DNA of 23,905 nucleotides, taken from the UHGV virus genome UHGV-0095783; one strand, 5' to 3'. Shown piece after piece: positions 1-8,207 of the stretch. A program made the position numbers and the translations under genes. A model generated the notes under the pieces. That model saw only the letters and a program-made list of their open reading frames with translations, searched no databases and had not been told where the DNA came from. This DNA is from a virus. Each line of letters begins with the position of its first letter. The first letter of the stretch is position 1.

Positions 1-38
1 TACATTCAATCAATTGTTATCTAAGGAAATACTTACAT

Positions 39-317
39 ATGCAACTTACAAGTACTCGCAAGAAAGCGAATGCAATTACAAGCAACATCCTGAATCGAAT
101 TGCTGTACGTGGTCAGCGAAAGGTTGCCGACGCGTTAGGGATTAATGAATCGCAAATTTCGCGATGGAAAGACAGCTTTATCCCAAAGATGGCCATGCTT
201 CTGGCTGTGCTGGAATGGGGTGTTGAAGACGAGGAGTTGGCGGAACTGGCTAAGAAAGTAGCCAGAATGCTGACAAAAGAAAAAGCCCCGAAGAACGGCG
301 AATTCTTCGAGGCCTAA
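39..317 (+). CDS. cII: CII-like transcriptional activator
   Basis: 92-aa ORF whose translation (…[33 protein letters not shown]…) closely resembles lambda CII as recalled; the leader aaggaaatacttacatATG is lambda-like; the C-terminal tail differs from lambda. Confidence 0.85.
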   Translation: MQLTSTRKKANAITSNILNRIAVRGQRKVADALGINESQISRWKDSFIPKMAMLLAVLEWGVEDEELAELAKKVARMLTKEKAPKNGEFFEA

Positions 318-351
318 TGTAGAAAGACTGGATCAATCCACAGGAGTCATT

Positions 352-498
352 ATGACAAAACAACTCAGTCCTTACCAGGACAAAATTCACAAACACATAC
401 TACGTGATCGCTTCCTGTCCAGCTTCAAGCAGCCTGGTCGATTCCGGGCTGAGTTGGAAAAAGTGAAGCTGATGCAGAAGGAGAAAGGTCATGAGTAA
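352..498 (+). CDS. hypothetical small protein (48 aa), not in the supplied ORF track
   Basis: Read by hand: ATG at 352, TAA at 496-498, translation [48 protein letters not shown]. Good SD (aggag, 342-346) 5 nt upstream; its 3' end overlaps the ATG of the next gene (491) by 8 nt. No family recognised. Confidence 0.4.
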   Translation: MTKQLSPYQDKIHKHILRDRFLSSFKQPGRFRAELEKVKLMQKEKGHE

Positions 499-1390
499 CA
501 TATCTAATCTAGCCGAAGCCAGAGAGGCCAGAAGGCTACAACAACCGCATCAAAGCAGCGGTAAGGGGTATGCCTTGCTGCACCGTAAAATTATGGATGT
601 GCCGTTTTACAAGGACGCAGAAGCTGCGCATCTGTGGGTTCACTTAATCCTCAAAGCAAAGCATACGCCTGAGTATGTAATGACTGACGCAGGAGAAATT
701 CTGGTAGGCAGAGGGAAGCTACTTGGCGGTAGAAACTCTCTGGCGTTTGAAACAGGGCTCAAACCAGATCGCGTTCAGTACCTGCTTAGAAAGTTCAAAA
801 AACTCGGCATGATTGACTGGGTTTCACACGGTAAATTCTCAGTTTTCTCGGTAGAGAAATATGACGATTATCAGTCAAATTTTGTACCAGCAGATTACCA
901 GCAAATTACCACCTCAAAGCCAGCAATACCAATGCCTGCAAGCAATACTGTACCAGCAGATTACCAGCAAATTACCACAGATAAAGAATATAATAATATT
1001 ATCTCTAATACTGACGTATTAGAGAGTACCGTAGCAGACAAAAAGTCTGACAAGAAAAAACCTTCCGTCAGCTGTCAGGATGTTGTCGATGCTTACCACG
1101 AAATCCTTCCTGAAGCTCCAAGAATCCGCGCACTGAATGACAAGCGTAAAAACCAGATCCGAACGTTCTGGCGCAAAGCCGGAGTGATAACCCGCCAGCT
1201 TGACGGGCATGGGTTCACGATGCAGGACTGGAGAAATTATTTGAGCTACGTTGGCGAAAATTGCCGATGGATGTTCGAAGAGCGCCCAAACCATCAACGC
1301 GGAACCGTCTGGCACAAAAAGGGATTTGATTTCCTGCTTAACGATAATACCTACCTGAAAGTTCGTGAGGGTGAACACGATGACCGATAA
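491..1390 (+). CDS. replication initiator protein, lambda O-like / P22 gene 18-like
   Basis: 299-aa ORF directly upstream of a DnaB-type helicase. SD aaggag 478-483. The middle of the protein carries a duplicated peptide ([10 protein letters not shown] x2) encoded by DNA iterons, as in ori-containing O genes. Confidence 0.8.
   Translation: MSNISNLAEAREARRLQQPHQSSGKGYALLHRKIMDVPFYKDAEAAHLWVHLILKAKHTPEYVMTDAGEILVGRGKLLGGRNSLAFETGLKPDRVQYLLRKFKKLGMIDWVSHGKFSVFSVEKYDDYQSNFVPADYQQITTSKPAIPMPASNTVPADYQQITTDKEYNNIISNTDVLESTVADKKSDKKKPSVSCQDVVDAYHEILPEAPRIRALNDKRKNQIRTFWRKAGVITRQLDGHGFTMQDWRNYLSYVGENCRWMFEERPNHQRGTVWHKKGFDFLLNDNTYLKVREGEHDDR
882..976 (+). repeat. origin iterons inside the initiator gene
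   Basis: Exact 29-bp direct repeat gtaccagcagattaccagcaaattaccac at 882-910 and 948-976; each copy contains two ~11-bp subunits (taccagcaRat). An AT-rich stretch follows at ~977-1012. Confidence 0.7.
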
Positions 1391-2816
1391 TTTTTATGCG
1401 CCGCCCCATAGCATCGAGGCAGAGCAGGCGGTGATTGGTGGATTGCTTCTGGATGATGACAGCAGTGAGCGCGTCCAGAAAGTTCTGGCGATGCTGAAGC
1501 CTGATTCATTTTACAGCCGACCACACAAAATCCTTTTCGAAGAGATAACCAGAATGCACCGGGAGCAAAAGCCAGTAGATGGCCTGACGCTTTTCGATGA
1601 ACTGGAGCGTAAATCGTTAACGGCGTCTGTTGGCGGTTTTGCTTATATCGCTGAGATCGCAAAGAACACGCCAAGCGCAGCAAACATCGTTGCCTATGCA
1701 ATGCAGGTTCGTGAAACCGCAATGGAACGCTACGCCATCAACCGCATGACTGAAGCGACGGAATTGCTCTATTCCCGCAACGGAATGACTGCAACGCAGA
1801 AGTACGAAGCTATTCAGTCGATTTTCACGCAACTGACAGACCATGCAAAAACCGGATCGCGTCGCGGCCTTCGTTCATTTGGTGAGGTCATGGAAGACTG
1901 GGTTAGCGACCTTGAGAAGCGATTTGACCCATCAGGCGAACAACGGGGAATGAGCACAGGGATCCCATCGCTGGACAGGATGCTGTCACCGAAAGGTCTG
2001 GTGAAAGGCTCTCTGTTTGTCATTGGCGCTCGCCCTAAGATGGGGAAAACGACGCTATACAGCCAGATGGCAATCAACTGCGCAGTGCATGAGAAAAAGC
2101 CCGCTCTGATGTTCAGCCTTGAAATGCCAGGTGATCAGATACTGGAAAAACTGGTAGGGCAGAAGTCTGGTGTTAACCCGAATATTTTTTACCTTCCGGC
2201 GACAAATGACGCTGATGACGGCTATCAGGGTGATTACGATGGTGACTTCAACAGGGCGATCGAAACAGCCAATCGCTTGAGTGAAATCGACCTGCTTTAC
2301 ATCGACGACACGCCGGGATTATCTCTGGCTCAAATCGTCAGCGAAAGCCGTCGAATCAAGCGAGAAAAAGGATGTGTTGGCATGATTCTGGTCGATTACC
2401 TGACACTAATGACCGCTGAGAAGGCCGATCGCAACGACCTTGCTTACGGCATGATCACCAAAGGACTGAAGAACCTTGCCAAAGAGCTTGATTGCGTTGT
2501 TGTGCTTCTGACACAGCTTAACCGCGCATTGGAAAGCCGAACCAATAAACGCCCATTACCAAGTGACTCGCGAGATACAGGGCAGATTGAACAGGATTGC
2601 GATTATTGGGTCGGGATCCATCGTGAAGGTGCTTTTGATGACAGCGTTCCTCCTGGTGAAACCGAACTAATCCTTCGTCTCAATCGTCATGGCAATACCG
2701 GCACGGTGTATTGCATTCAGGCAAATGGCGCTATTTATGACACAGACCAACAGTCTGCTGAAATGCGCCGACGTGAACGCGAGGAACCGCAGTCCAAGAA
2801 GAAAGGAGGATTCTGA
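1380..2816 (+). CDS. replicative DNA helicase, DnaB family (P22 gene 12-like)
   Basis: N-terminus PPHSIEAEQAVIGGLLLD…GGFAYIAEIAKNTPSAANIVAYA parallels E. coli DnaB as recalled; Walker A GARPKMGKT. ATG 1380 preferred (gaggg SD 9 nt upstream); the track ORF opens at GTG 1365. Overlaps the initiator stop. Confidence 0.9.
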   Translation: MTDNFYAPPHSIEAEQAVIGGLLLDDDSSERVQKVLAMLKPDSFYSRPHKILFEEITRMHREQKPVDGLTLFDELERKSLTASVGGFAYIAEIAKNTPSAANIVAYAMQVRETAMERYAINRMTEATELLYSRNGMTATQKYEAIQSIFTQLTDHAKTGSRRGLRSFGEVMEDWVSDLEKRFDPSGEQRGMSTGIPSLDRMLSPKGLVKGSLFVIGARPKMGKTTLYSQMAINCAVHEKKPALMFSLEMPGDQILEKLVGQKSGVNPNIFYLPATNDADDGYQGDYDGDFNRAIETANRLSEIDLLYIDDTPGLSLAQIVSESRRIKREKGCVGMILVDYLTLMTAEKADRNDLAYGMITKGLKNLAKELDCVVVLLTQLNRALESRTNKRPLPSDSRDTGQIEQDCDYWVGIHREGAFDDSVPPGETELILRLNRHGNTGTVYCIQANGAIYDTDQQSAEMRRREREEPQSKKKGGF

Positions 2817-2846
2817 TGACCGTCTACATCACTGAGATAATAACAG

Positions 2847-2875
2847 GGGCTATTTACACAGTAGCCCTTTTTTAT
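2847..2875 (+). terminator. rho-independent terminator after the helicase gene (tR2-like position)
   Basis: 6-bp stem gggcta/tagccc (2847-2852 with 2862-2867), 9-nt loop, then a T7 run at 2868-2874. Confidence 0.6.
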
Positions 2876-2900
2876 TGGATTAAGAACGAGGGGGATCCTG

Positions 2901-3113
2901 ATGGACACCGTTAACGGAATGTGTTCAGACGCACCGCGTGCCAAAAAATGTAAGTGCGGAAAATCACCGACAATATTCGACATGGAGAACGGGTGCCAAA
3001 TCTACTGCGCTAACCACGCTGTTGTGGCGGCCGCGAATTATCGCAGTGCGGTAACGGAGTGGAATAACCTGAAATCTGTTAGAGAGGGAAGTCATGAAAA
3101 AACTAACCTTTGA
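2901..3113 (+). CDS. small Cys-rich protein; possible Lar-family restriction-alleviation protein
   Basis: 70-aa ORF with a CxCG…CxxxC…HxxV cluster and a following AVTEWNN motif that resemble the Lar zinc-ribbon family as I recall it. Sits where lambda has ren, between the replication genes and ninB. The family call is tentative. Confidence 0.45.
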   Translation: MDTVNGMCSDAPRAKKCKCGKSPTIFDMENGCQIYCANHAVVAAANYRSAVTEWNNLKSVREGSHEKTNL

Positions 3114-3534
3114 AATTCGATCTCCAGCACATCAGCAAAACGCTATTCACGCAGTACAGCAAATCCTTCCAGACCCAACCAAACCAATCGTAGTAACCAT
3201 TCAGGAACGCAACCGCAGCTTAGACCAAAACAGGAAGCTATGGGCCTGCTTAGGTGACGTCTCTCGTCAGGTTGAATGGCATGGTCGCTGGCTGGATGCA
3301 GAAAGCTGGAAGTGTGTGTTTACCGCAGCATTAAAGCAGCAGGACGTTGTTCCTAACCTTGCCGGGAATGGCTTTGTGGTAATAGGCCAGTCAACCAGCA
3401 GGATGCGTGTAAGCGAATTTGCGGAGCTATTAGAGCTTATACAGGCATTCGGTACAGAGCGTGGCGTTAAGTGGTCAGACGAAGCGAGACTGGCTCTGGA
3501 GTGGAAAGCGAGATGGGGAGATCGGGCTGCATGA
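3094..3534 (+). CDS. ninB: NinB recombination protein
   Basis: 146-aa translation is essentially the lambda NinB sequence as recalled. Confidence 0.9.
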   Translation: MKKLTFEIRSPAHQQNAIHAVQQILPDPTKPIVVTIQERNRSLDQNRKLWACLGDVSRQVEWHGRWLDAESWKCVFTAALKQQDVVPNLAGNGFVVIGQSTSRMRVSEFAELLELIQAFGTERGVKWSDEARLALEWKARWGDRAA

Positions 3535-4058
3535 CTATCAAAGCAAATACGCCAGCACACGACAAGGACTGCTGGCAAACGCCGCTTTGGCTTTTTGATG
3601 CACTGGATATTGAGTTTGGATTCTGGCTGGATTCGGCAGCGAGCGACAAAAATGCTCTGTGTGCTCACTGGCTAACTGAGGCCGACGACGCGCTCAATTC
3701 TGAGTGGGTAAGCCACGGTGCAATCTGGAATAACCCACCGTACAGCAATATCAGGCCGTGGGTGGAAAAAGCCGCTGAGCAGTGCATACAACAGCGACAG
3801 ACGGTAGTGATGCTTGTGCCAGAGGATATGTCAGTCGGATGGTTCAGCAAGGCTCTGGAGAGTGTCGACGAAGTTCGCATTATCACTGATGGACGGATTA
3901 ATTTTATCGAACCATCGACAGGGCTGGAGAAGAAGGGAAACAGCAAAGGCTCCATGCTGCTGATTTGGCGACCGTTCATCAGTCCTCGACGGATGTTTAC
4001 TACCGTATCCAAAGCGGCATTGATGGCGATCGGGCAGGGCGTCAGGAGGGCAGCATGA
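3531..4058 (+). CDS. phage DNA N6-adenine methyltransferase (Dam type)
   Basis: ATG 3531 overlaps the ninB stop (ATGA). NPPY motif (…[11 protein letters not shown]…) and WQTP…[11 protein letters not shown]-terminal region typical of phage Dam methylases; occupies the ninC/ninD position. Confidence 0.8.
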   Translation: MTIKANTPAHDKDCWQTPLWLFDALDIEFGFWLDSAASDKNALCAHWLTEADDALNSEWVSHGAIWNNPPYSNIRPWVEKAAEQCIQQRQTVVMLVPEDMSVGWFSKALESVDEVRIITDGRINFIEPSTGLEKKGNSKGSMLLIWRPFISPRRMFTTVSKAALMAIGQGVRRAA

Positions 4059-4237
4059 GACGACAGCGACGAAGTATCACCGACATCATCTGCGAAAACT
4101 GCAAATACCTTCCAACGAAACGCTCCAGAAATAAACGCAAGCCAATCCCAAAAGAATCTGACGTAAAAACCTTCAACTACACGGCTCACCTGTGGGATAT
4201 CCGGTGGCTAAGACATCGTGCGAGGAAAACAAGGTGA
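4055..4237 (+). CDS. ninE: NinE
   Basis: 60-aa product [23 protein letters not shown]… matches lambda NinE as recalled; start overlaps the methylase stop. Confidence 0.85.
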   Translation: MRRQRRSITDIICENCKYLPTKRSRNKRKPIPKESDVKTFNYTAHLWDIRWLRHRARKTR

Positions 4238-4404
4238 TTGACCAAAATCGAAGTTACGAACAAGAAAGCGTCGAGCGAGCTTTAACGTGCGCTAACTGCG
4301 GTCAGAAGCTGCATGTGCTGGAAGTTCACGTGTGTGAGCACTGCTGCGCAGAACTGATGAGCGATCCGAATAGCTCAATGTACGAGGAAGAAGACGATGG
4401 CTAA
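4234..4404 (+). CDS. ninF: NinF
   Basis: GTG start overlapping the ninE stop; (M)[47 protein letters not shown]… matches lambda NinF as recalled. Confidence 0.8.
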   Translation: MIDQNRSYEQESVERALTCANCGQKLHVLEVHVCEHCCAELMSDPNSSMYEEEDDG

Positions 4405-5008
4405 ACCAGCGCGAAGACGATGTAAAAACGATGAATGTCGGGAATGGTTTCACCCTGCATTCGCTAATCAGTGGTGGTGCTCTCCAGAGTGTGGAACCAA
4501 GATAGCACTCGAACGACGAAGTAAAGAACACGAAAAAGCGGAAAAAGCAGCAGAGAAGAAACGACGACGAGAGGAGCAGAAACAGAAAGATAAACTGAAG
4601 ATTCGAAAACTCGCCTTAAAGCCCCGCAGTTACTGGATTAAACAAGCCCAACAAGCCGTAAACGCCTTCATCAGAGAAAGAGACCGCGACTTACCATGTA
4701 TCTCGTGCGGAACGCTCACGTCTGCTCAGTGGGATGCTGGACATTACCGGACAACTGCTGCGGCACCTCAACTCCGATTTGATGAACGCAATATTCACAA
4801 GCAATGCGTGGTGTGCAACCAGCATAAAAGCGGAAATCTCGTTCCGTATCGCGTCGAACTGATTAACCGGATCGGGCAGGAAGCAGTAGACGAAATCGAA
4901 TCAAACCATAACCGCCATCGCTGGACTATCGAAGAGTGCAAGGCGATCAAGGCAGAGTACCAACAGAAACTCAAAGACCTGCGAAATAGCAGAAGTGAGG
5001 CCGCATGA
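4397..5008 (+). CDS. ninG: NinG (Rap) recombination-associated protein
   Basis: 203-aa translation is near-identical to lambda NinG as recalled ([20 protein letters not shown]…). Confidence 0.9.
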   Translation: MAKPARRRCKNDECREWFHPAFANQWWCSPECGTKIALERRSKEHEKAEKAAEKKRRREEQKQKDKLKIRKLALKPRSYWIKQAQQAVNAFIRERDRDLPCISCGTLTSAQWDAGHYRTTAAAPQLRFDERNIHKQCVVCNQHKSGNLVPYRVELINRIGQEAVDEIESNHNRHRWTIEECKAIKAEYQQKLKDLRNSRSEAA

Positions 5009-5211
5009 CGTTCTCAGTAAAAACCATTCCAGACATGCTCGTTGAAGCATACGGAAACCAGACAGAAGTGGCACGCAGACTGAAATGTAGTCGCGGTACG
5101 GTCAGAAAATACGTTGATGATAAAGACGGGAAAATGCACGCCATAGTCAACGACGTTCTCATGGTTCATCGCGGATGGAGTGAAAGAGATGCGCTATTAC
5201 GAAAAAATTGA
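5005..5211 (+). CDS. ninH: NinH
   Basis: 68-aa translation [37 protein letters not shown]… matches lambda NinH as recalled. Confidence 0.85.
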   Translation: MTFSVKTIPDMLVEAYGNQTEVARRLKCSRGTVRKYVDDKDGKMHAIVNDVLMVHRGWSERDALLRKN

Positions 5212-5860
5212 TGGCAGCAAATACCGAAATATTTGGGTAGTTGGCGATCTGCACGGATGCTACACGAACCTGATGAAAAAACTGGAGACGATTGGATTCG
5301 ACACCCAAAAAGACCTGCTTATCTCGGTTGGCGATTTGGTCGATCGCGGTACAGAGAACGTTGAATGCCTGGAATTAATCACATTCCCCTGGTTCAGAGC
5401 TGTACGTGGAAACCATGAGAAAATGATGATTGATGGCTTATCAGAGCGTGGAAACGTTAATCACTGGCTGCTTAATGGCGGTGGCTGGTTCTTTAATCTC
5501 GATTACGACAAAGAGATTCTGGCTAAAGCTCTTGCCTATAAAGCAGAAGAACTTCCGTTAATCATCGAACTGTTGAGCAAAGATAAAAAATATGTCATCT
5601 GCCACGCCGATTATCCTTGTGACGAATACGAGTTTGGAAAGCCAGTTGATCATCAGCAGGTAATCTGGAACCGCGAACGAATCAGCAACTCACAAGACGG
5701 GATCGTGAAAGAAATTAAAGGCGCGGACACGTTCATCTTTGGTCATACGCCAGCAGTGAAACCACTCAAGTTTGCCAACCAGATGTATATCGATACCGGC
5801 GCAGTGTTCTGCGGAAACCTCACATTGATTCAGGTACAGGGAGAAGGCGCGTGGGCATAA
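5189..5860 (+). CDS. ninI: Ser/Thr protein phosphatase (lambda NinI / PPase-like)
   Basis: Metallophosphatase motifs GDLHG, GDLVDRG, GNHE; translation from [25 protein letters not shown] matches lambda phosphatase as recalled. The track ORF opens 9 nt earlier at 5180. Confidence 0.9.
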   Translation: MRYYEKIDGSKYRNIWVVGDLHGCYTNLMKKLETIGFDTQKDLLISVGDLVDRGTENVECLELITFPWFRAVRGNHEKMMIDGLSERGNVNHWLLNGGGWFFNLDYDKEILAKALAYKAEELPLIIELLSKDKKYVICHADYPCDEYEFGKPVDHQQVIWNRERISNSQDGIVKEIKGADTFIFGHTPAVKPLKFANQMYIDTGAVFCGNLTLIQVQGEGAWA

Positions 5861-6339
5861 GAGAACTAAACCTCACCAAAGAACAGCACGATTGGCTGAA
5901 TGGCTGGCTTGAACTGTGGGGGGCATGGGTTTATTCAGGTCGTCTGGAAAAGCGCATGAGCAGCGTAATAGCTAAGTTCATGGAGAGCGTAGAGCCGGGA
6001 AGAGTTATGACAAGGCCAATGTGTAATGATGATGATGGAATGTTGATTTCTCAGGTCGTCGATTCCGTCATGTACATTGACAAGAAAGCCTTTGGCATCC
6101 TCCTCAGCTACTACGCTCATGGCTCTTCCAAGCACGCCATTGCATCTTACTATCATCGCGTCGCAAGACCTCGCAAGATGTTATGCCGTGGCGGCGGGCG
6201 CATTCAAAAACCATCGCTCGCAACCTGTCGACGGGAAGTTGACGAAATCCTTAATGCCTCGTTGTTTATGATTTACCCGGTTCTGGATAGTGCGTTTAAA
6301 AATCGGAAACGTGTAGAGAAAATTAAACATGTAGCATAG
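5851..6339 (+). CDS. Q: late-gene antiterminator Q-like protein (non-lambda allele)
   Basis: GTG start overlapping the ninI stop. Located between ninI and the lysis cassette. WGAW, P-x-C-x-DDD and YY motifs resemble E. coli prophage QuuD-type antiterminators as recalled; does not resemble lambda Q. Confidence 0.65.
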   Translation: MGIRELNLTKEQHDWLNGWLELWGAWVYSGRLEKRMSSVIAKFMESVEPGRVMTRPMCNDDDGMLISQVVDSVMYIDKKAFGILLSYYAHGSSKHAIASYYHRVARPRKMLCRGGGRIQKPSLATCRREVDEILNASLFMIYPVLDSAFKNRKRVEKIKHVA

Positions 6340-6345
6340 AACGTG

Positions 6346-6380
6346 TTGACATCATTGAGCAAATGAGCAACACTATTGGC
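6346..6380 (+). promoter_or_regulatory. candidate late promoter (pR'-like)
   Basis: Consensus -35 TTGACA at 6346-6351, 7 nt after the Q stop, with a terminator ~35 nt downstream. The -10 element is not clear (cactat/aacact). Confidence 0.3.
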
Positions 6381-6384
6381 ATAA

Positions 6385-6427
6385 GCTGCCGTTAGTGACT
6401 CTTAAGTTGCAACGGTGGCTTTTTTTT
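6385..6427 (+). terminator. rho-independent terminator (tR'-like)
   Basis: 9-bp stem gctgccgtt/aacggtggc (two G-U pairs) with a 17-nt loop, followed by a T8 run at 6420-6427. Confidence 0.55.
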
Positions 6428-6431
6428 ATTT

Positions 6432-6506
6432 GGGTCAGTCGTATAAAGGTCATTACGGAAGGCTGTTAACCTTCTTATCGTGGTTCGAGTCCACGCTGTC
6501 CCGCCA
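6432..6506 (+). tRNA. tRNA-like element, anticodon GUU (Asn) by hand folding
   Basis: 75 nt. Acceptor stem 6432-6438 with 6496-6502 (6/7 pairs), U8, A14, GG in the D-loop, anticodon stem gaagg/ccttc with loop CTGTTAA (anticodon GTT at 6465-6467), 4-nt variable loop, T-arm cgtgg-TTCGAGT-ccacg, discriminator G and encoded CCA. Anticodon loop and T-arm match E. coli tRNA-Asn as recalled. Folded by hand only. Confidence 0.45.
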
Positions 6507-6785
6507 AACATGCTGGTTTAGCTCCAATGGTAGAGGTGGTAAATGCCGAGCAAAGATTACTATCTTAATCGAAGGGCTAGGCTTGCTAAGGCCGTGGAAA
6601 AGTTGGGTGGTCGTTGCGCGAGTTGCGGATCCGAATACTAATGGTCTAGTTATTTCAGACATATTCATCAATTTCAGGCTCACGGGAATCATCCGCTACG
6701 TGCTTTGTTGATAAATCCAGCCCGTGAAGCCTGACCCTTTTCAAACACACACACAGCACCATCCGGAAAATCGGAGGTGAGGCCT

Positions 6786-7109
6786 ATGAAAATGCCATAC
6801 AAACAAGATTTCATCGCTGCGCTACTTGCCGCCAAGGAGCAGGGTATTGGTGCAATGCTGGCTTTTATCATGGCGTATCTGCGTGGTCGCTATAACGGCG
6901 GCGCGGTAACAAAAACGCTAATTGATGCGCTGATGTGCGCGATGATTGCCTGGTTCGTTCGTGACCTTCTGGACTTTATCGGCCTGAGCAGCAACCTCGC
7001 CTACATAGCCAGCGTCTTTATTGGATACATCGGCACCGATTCGATCGGCAATCTTATTAAAAAACTTGCAGCAAAAAAGGCGGGAGTTGACGATGCAAAC
7101 CAGTCCTGA
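6786..7109 (+). CDS. S: holin S, lambda class I, with dual-start motif
   Basis: Translation [27 protein letters not shown]…[10 protein letters not shown]… closely matches lambda S as recalled. ATG at 6786 and ATG at 6792 give the Met-Lys-Met arrangement of lambda S107/S105. SD ggaggtga at 6773-6780. Confidence 0.9.
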   Translation: MKMPYKQDFIAALLAAKEQGIGAMLAFIMAYLRGRYNGGAVTKTLIDALMCAMIAWFVRDLLDFIGLSSNLAYIASVFIGYIGTDSIGNLIKKLAAKKAGVDDANQS

Positions 7110-7542
7110 CGGAATTGCTCTGATAAAAAAATTTGAAGGTTGTCGGCTGACTGCTTACCCCGACCCCGGAACGGGAGATGCGCCGTGGACCATCGGCTAT
7201 GGCTGGACCCATCCGGTTGACGGAAAGCCAGTAAAGCGCGGTATGACTATCGACCAGCAAACCGCTGACAGGCTTCTGAAAACAGGGCTTGTTGGTTATG
7301 AGAATGACGTGCTGAAAGTTGTCAGGGTGAAGCTGACACAAGGCCAGTTCGACGCACTGGTGTCGTTCGCTTACAACGTTGGGTCGCGTGCTCTTTCCAC
7401 ATCTACACTGCTGAAAAAGCTGAATGCTGGCGATATAAAAGGCGCGGCAGATGAATTTCTGCGCTGGAATAAATCAGGCGGAAAGGTGATGCCGGGGCTC
7501 ACGAATCGCCGCAAGGCAGAGCGAGCTCTGTTCCTGTCATGA
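7093..7542 (+). CDS. R: endolysin, true lysozyme (GH24, P22 gp19-like); not the lambda transglycosylase
   Basis: 149 aa; [11 protein letters not shown]…GYG and C-terminal [11 protein letters not shown] parallel P22 lysozyme as recalled. Start overlaps the end of S. Confidence 0.9.
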   Translation: MQTSPDGIALIKKFEGCRLTAYPDPGTGDAPWTIGYGWTHPVDGKPVKRGMTIDQQTADRLLKTGLVGYENDVLKVVRVKLTQGQFDALVSFAYNVGSRALSTSTLLKKLNAGDIKGAADEFLRWNKSGGKVMPGLTNRRKAERALFLS

Positions 7543-8006
7543 TTAGCGCACTGGTTAAGCGTTACTGGCTGCAGTTGCTGGTGCTGGCGTTAATCGGCGC
7601 ACTGGCTTTCTTCGTGAACCACTACCGCGACAACGCCATCACTTACAGAGACCAGCGCGATAAGGCCACTGAGAAACTCCTCCTGGCGACCGCCACCATT
7701 AAAGACATGCAGACCCGCCAGCGTGATGTCGCTGCACTGGATGCCAAATACACAAAGGAGCTTGCTGATGCTAACGCGACTATCGAAAGTCTCCGTGCTG
7801 ATGTTTCTGCTGGGCGTAAGCGCCTGCAAGTCGCCGCCACCTGTGCAAAGTCAACGACCGGAGCCAGCGGCATGGGCGATGGAGAAAGCCCAGGACTTAC
7901 AGCAGATGCTGAACTCAATTATTACCGTCTCCGAAGTGGAATCGACAAGATAACCGCGCAGGTTAACTACCTGCAGGAATACATCAGGACGCAATGCCTG
8001 AAATAA
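7539..8006 (+). CDS. Rz: i-spanin Rz
   Basis: N-terminal TM segment, then [11 protein letters not shown]…[22 protein letters not shown] resembling lambda Rz as recalled; ATGA overlap with R. Confidence 0.85.
   Translation: MISALVKRYWLQLLVLALIGALAFFVNHYRDNAITYRDQRDKATEKLLLATATIKDMQTRQRDVAALDAKYTKELADANATIESLRADVSAGRKRLQVAATCAKSTTGASGMGDGESPGLTADAELNYYRLRSGIDKITAQVNYLQEYIRTQCLK
7768..7953 (+). CDS. Rz1: o-spanin Rz1 (lipoprotein), embedded in Rz in the +1 frame
   Basis: ATG 7768 preceded by SD aaggag (7755-7760). [20 protein letters not shown] has a lipobox with Cys, and the mature part is Pro-rich ([14 protein letters not shown]…). Lies entirely inside Rz. Confidence 0.8.
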   Translation: MLTRLSKVSVLMFLLGVSACKSPPPVQSQRPEPAAWAMEKAQDLQQMLNSIITVSEVESTR

Positions 8007-8038
8007 TTTTTTTGCAAATCACAAAGTCCATTTAATGA

Positions 8039-8060
8039 GCCTCGCAATGCGGGGCTTTTT
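8039..8060 (+). terminator. rho-independent terminator 1 downstream of Rz
   Basis: 7-bp stem gcctcgc/gcggggc, 3-nt loop, T5 run at 8056-8060. Confidence 0.6.
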
Positions 8061-8067
8061 GCAATAA

Positions 8068-8092
8068 ATGCGTACCGCAACGCATGTTTTTT
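8068..8092 (+). terminator. rho-independent terminator 2 downstream of Rz
   Basis: Perfect 6-bp stem atgcgt/acgcat, 6-nt loop, then gtttttt (8086-8092). Confidence 0.6.
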
Positions 8093-8207
8093 ACACCGAA
8101 CCTGCCCCTTTGGAATGGGCCTTTGAGGATACCAGTTAGTGCTGGCGAGCCTCGGTGGGCTGGTTTCCTGTGCGGCAAAGGTTCATTTCAAAGAGTAGGT
8201 ACACGCT

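Noticed and set aside
1019-2077. Minus-strand ORFs antisense to the initiator and helicase genes (1019-1378, 1351-1722, 1617-1844, 1814-2077)
   Set aside because: Overlapped by well-supported sense-strand genes; translations are Arg/Cys/His-rich with no start context.
3965-4237. Track ORF 3965-4237 (90 aa) and 4192-4404 (70 aa) as drawn
   Set aside because: The 5' extensions run into the preceding genes. The real genes are the lambda-like NinE (from ATG 4055) and NinF (from GTG 4234), so the shorter coordinates were used.
6346-6380. A confident -10 hexamer for the late promoter
   Set aside because: Only the -35 TTGACA is convincing; candidate -10 elements at 17-19 bp spacing are weak, so the promoter is reported at low confidence without a defined start site.
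6513-6536. Second tRNA-like 5' fragment (gctggtttagctccaatggtagagg) just after the tRNA-like element
   Set aside because: It resembles a tRNA acceptor plus D-arm, but I could not complete an anticodon arm, T-arm or matching 3' acceptor strand. Most likely a degenerate remnant; tRNAscan-SE would settle it.
6415-6711. Track ORFs 6415-6711 (+, 98 aa) and 6453-6692 (-, 79 aa) in the Q-S intergenic region
   Set aside because: They overlap the terminator and the tRNA-like element, have no SD and give low-complexity translations. The region is better explained as non-coding.
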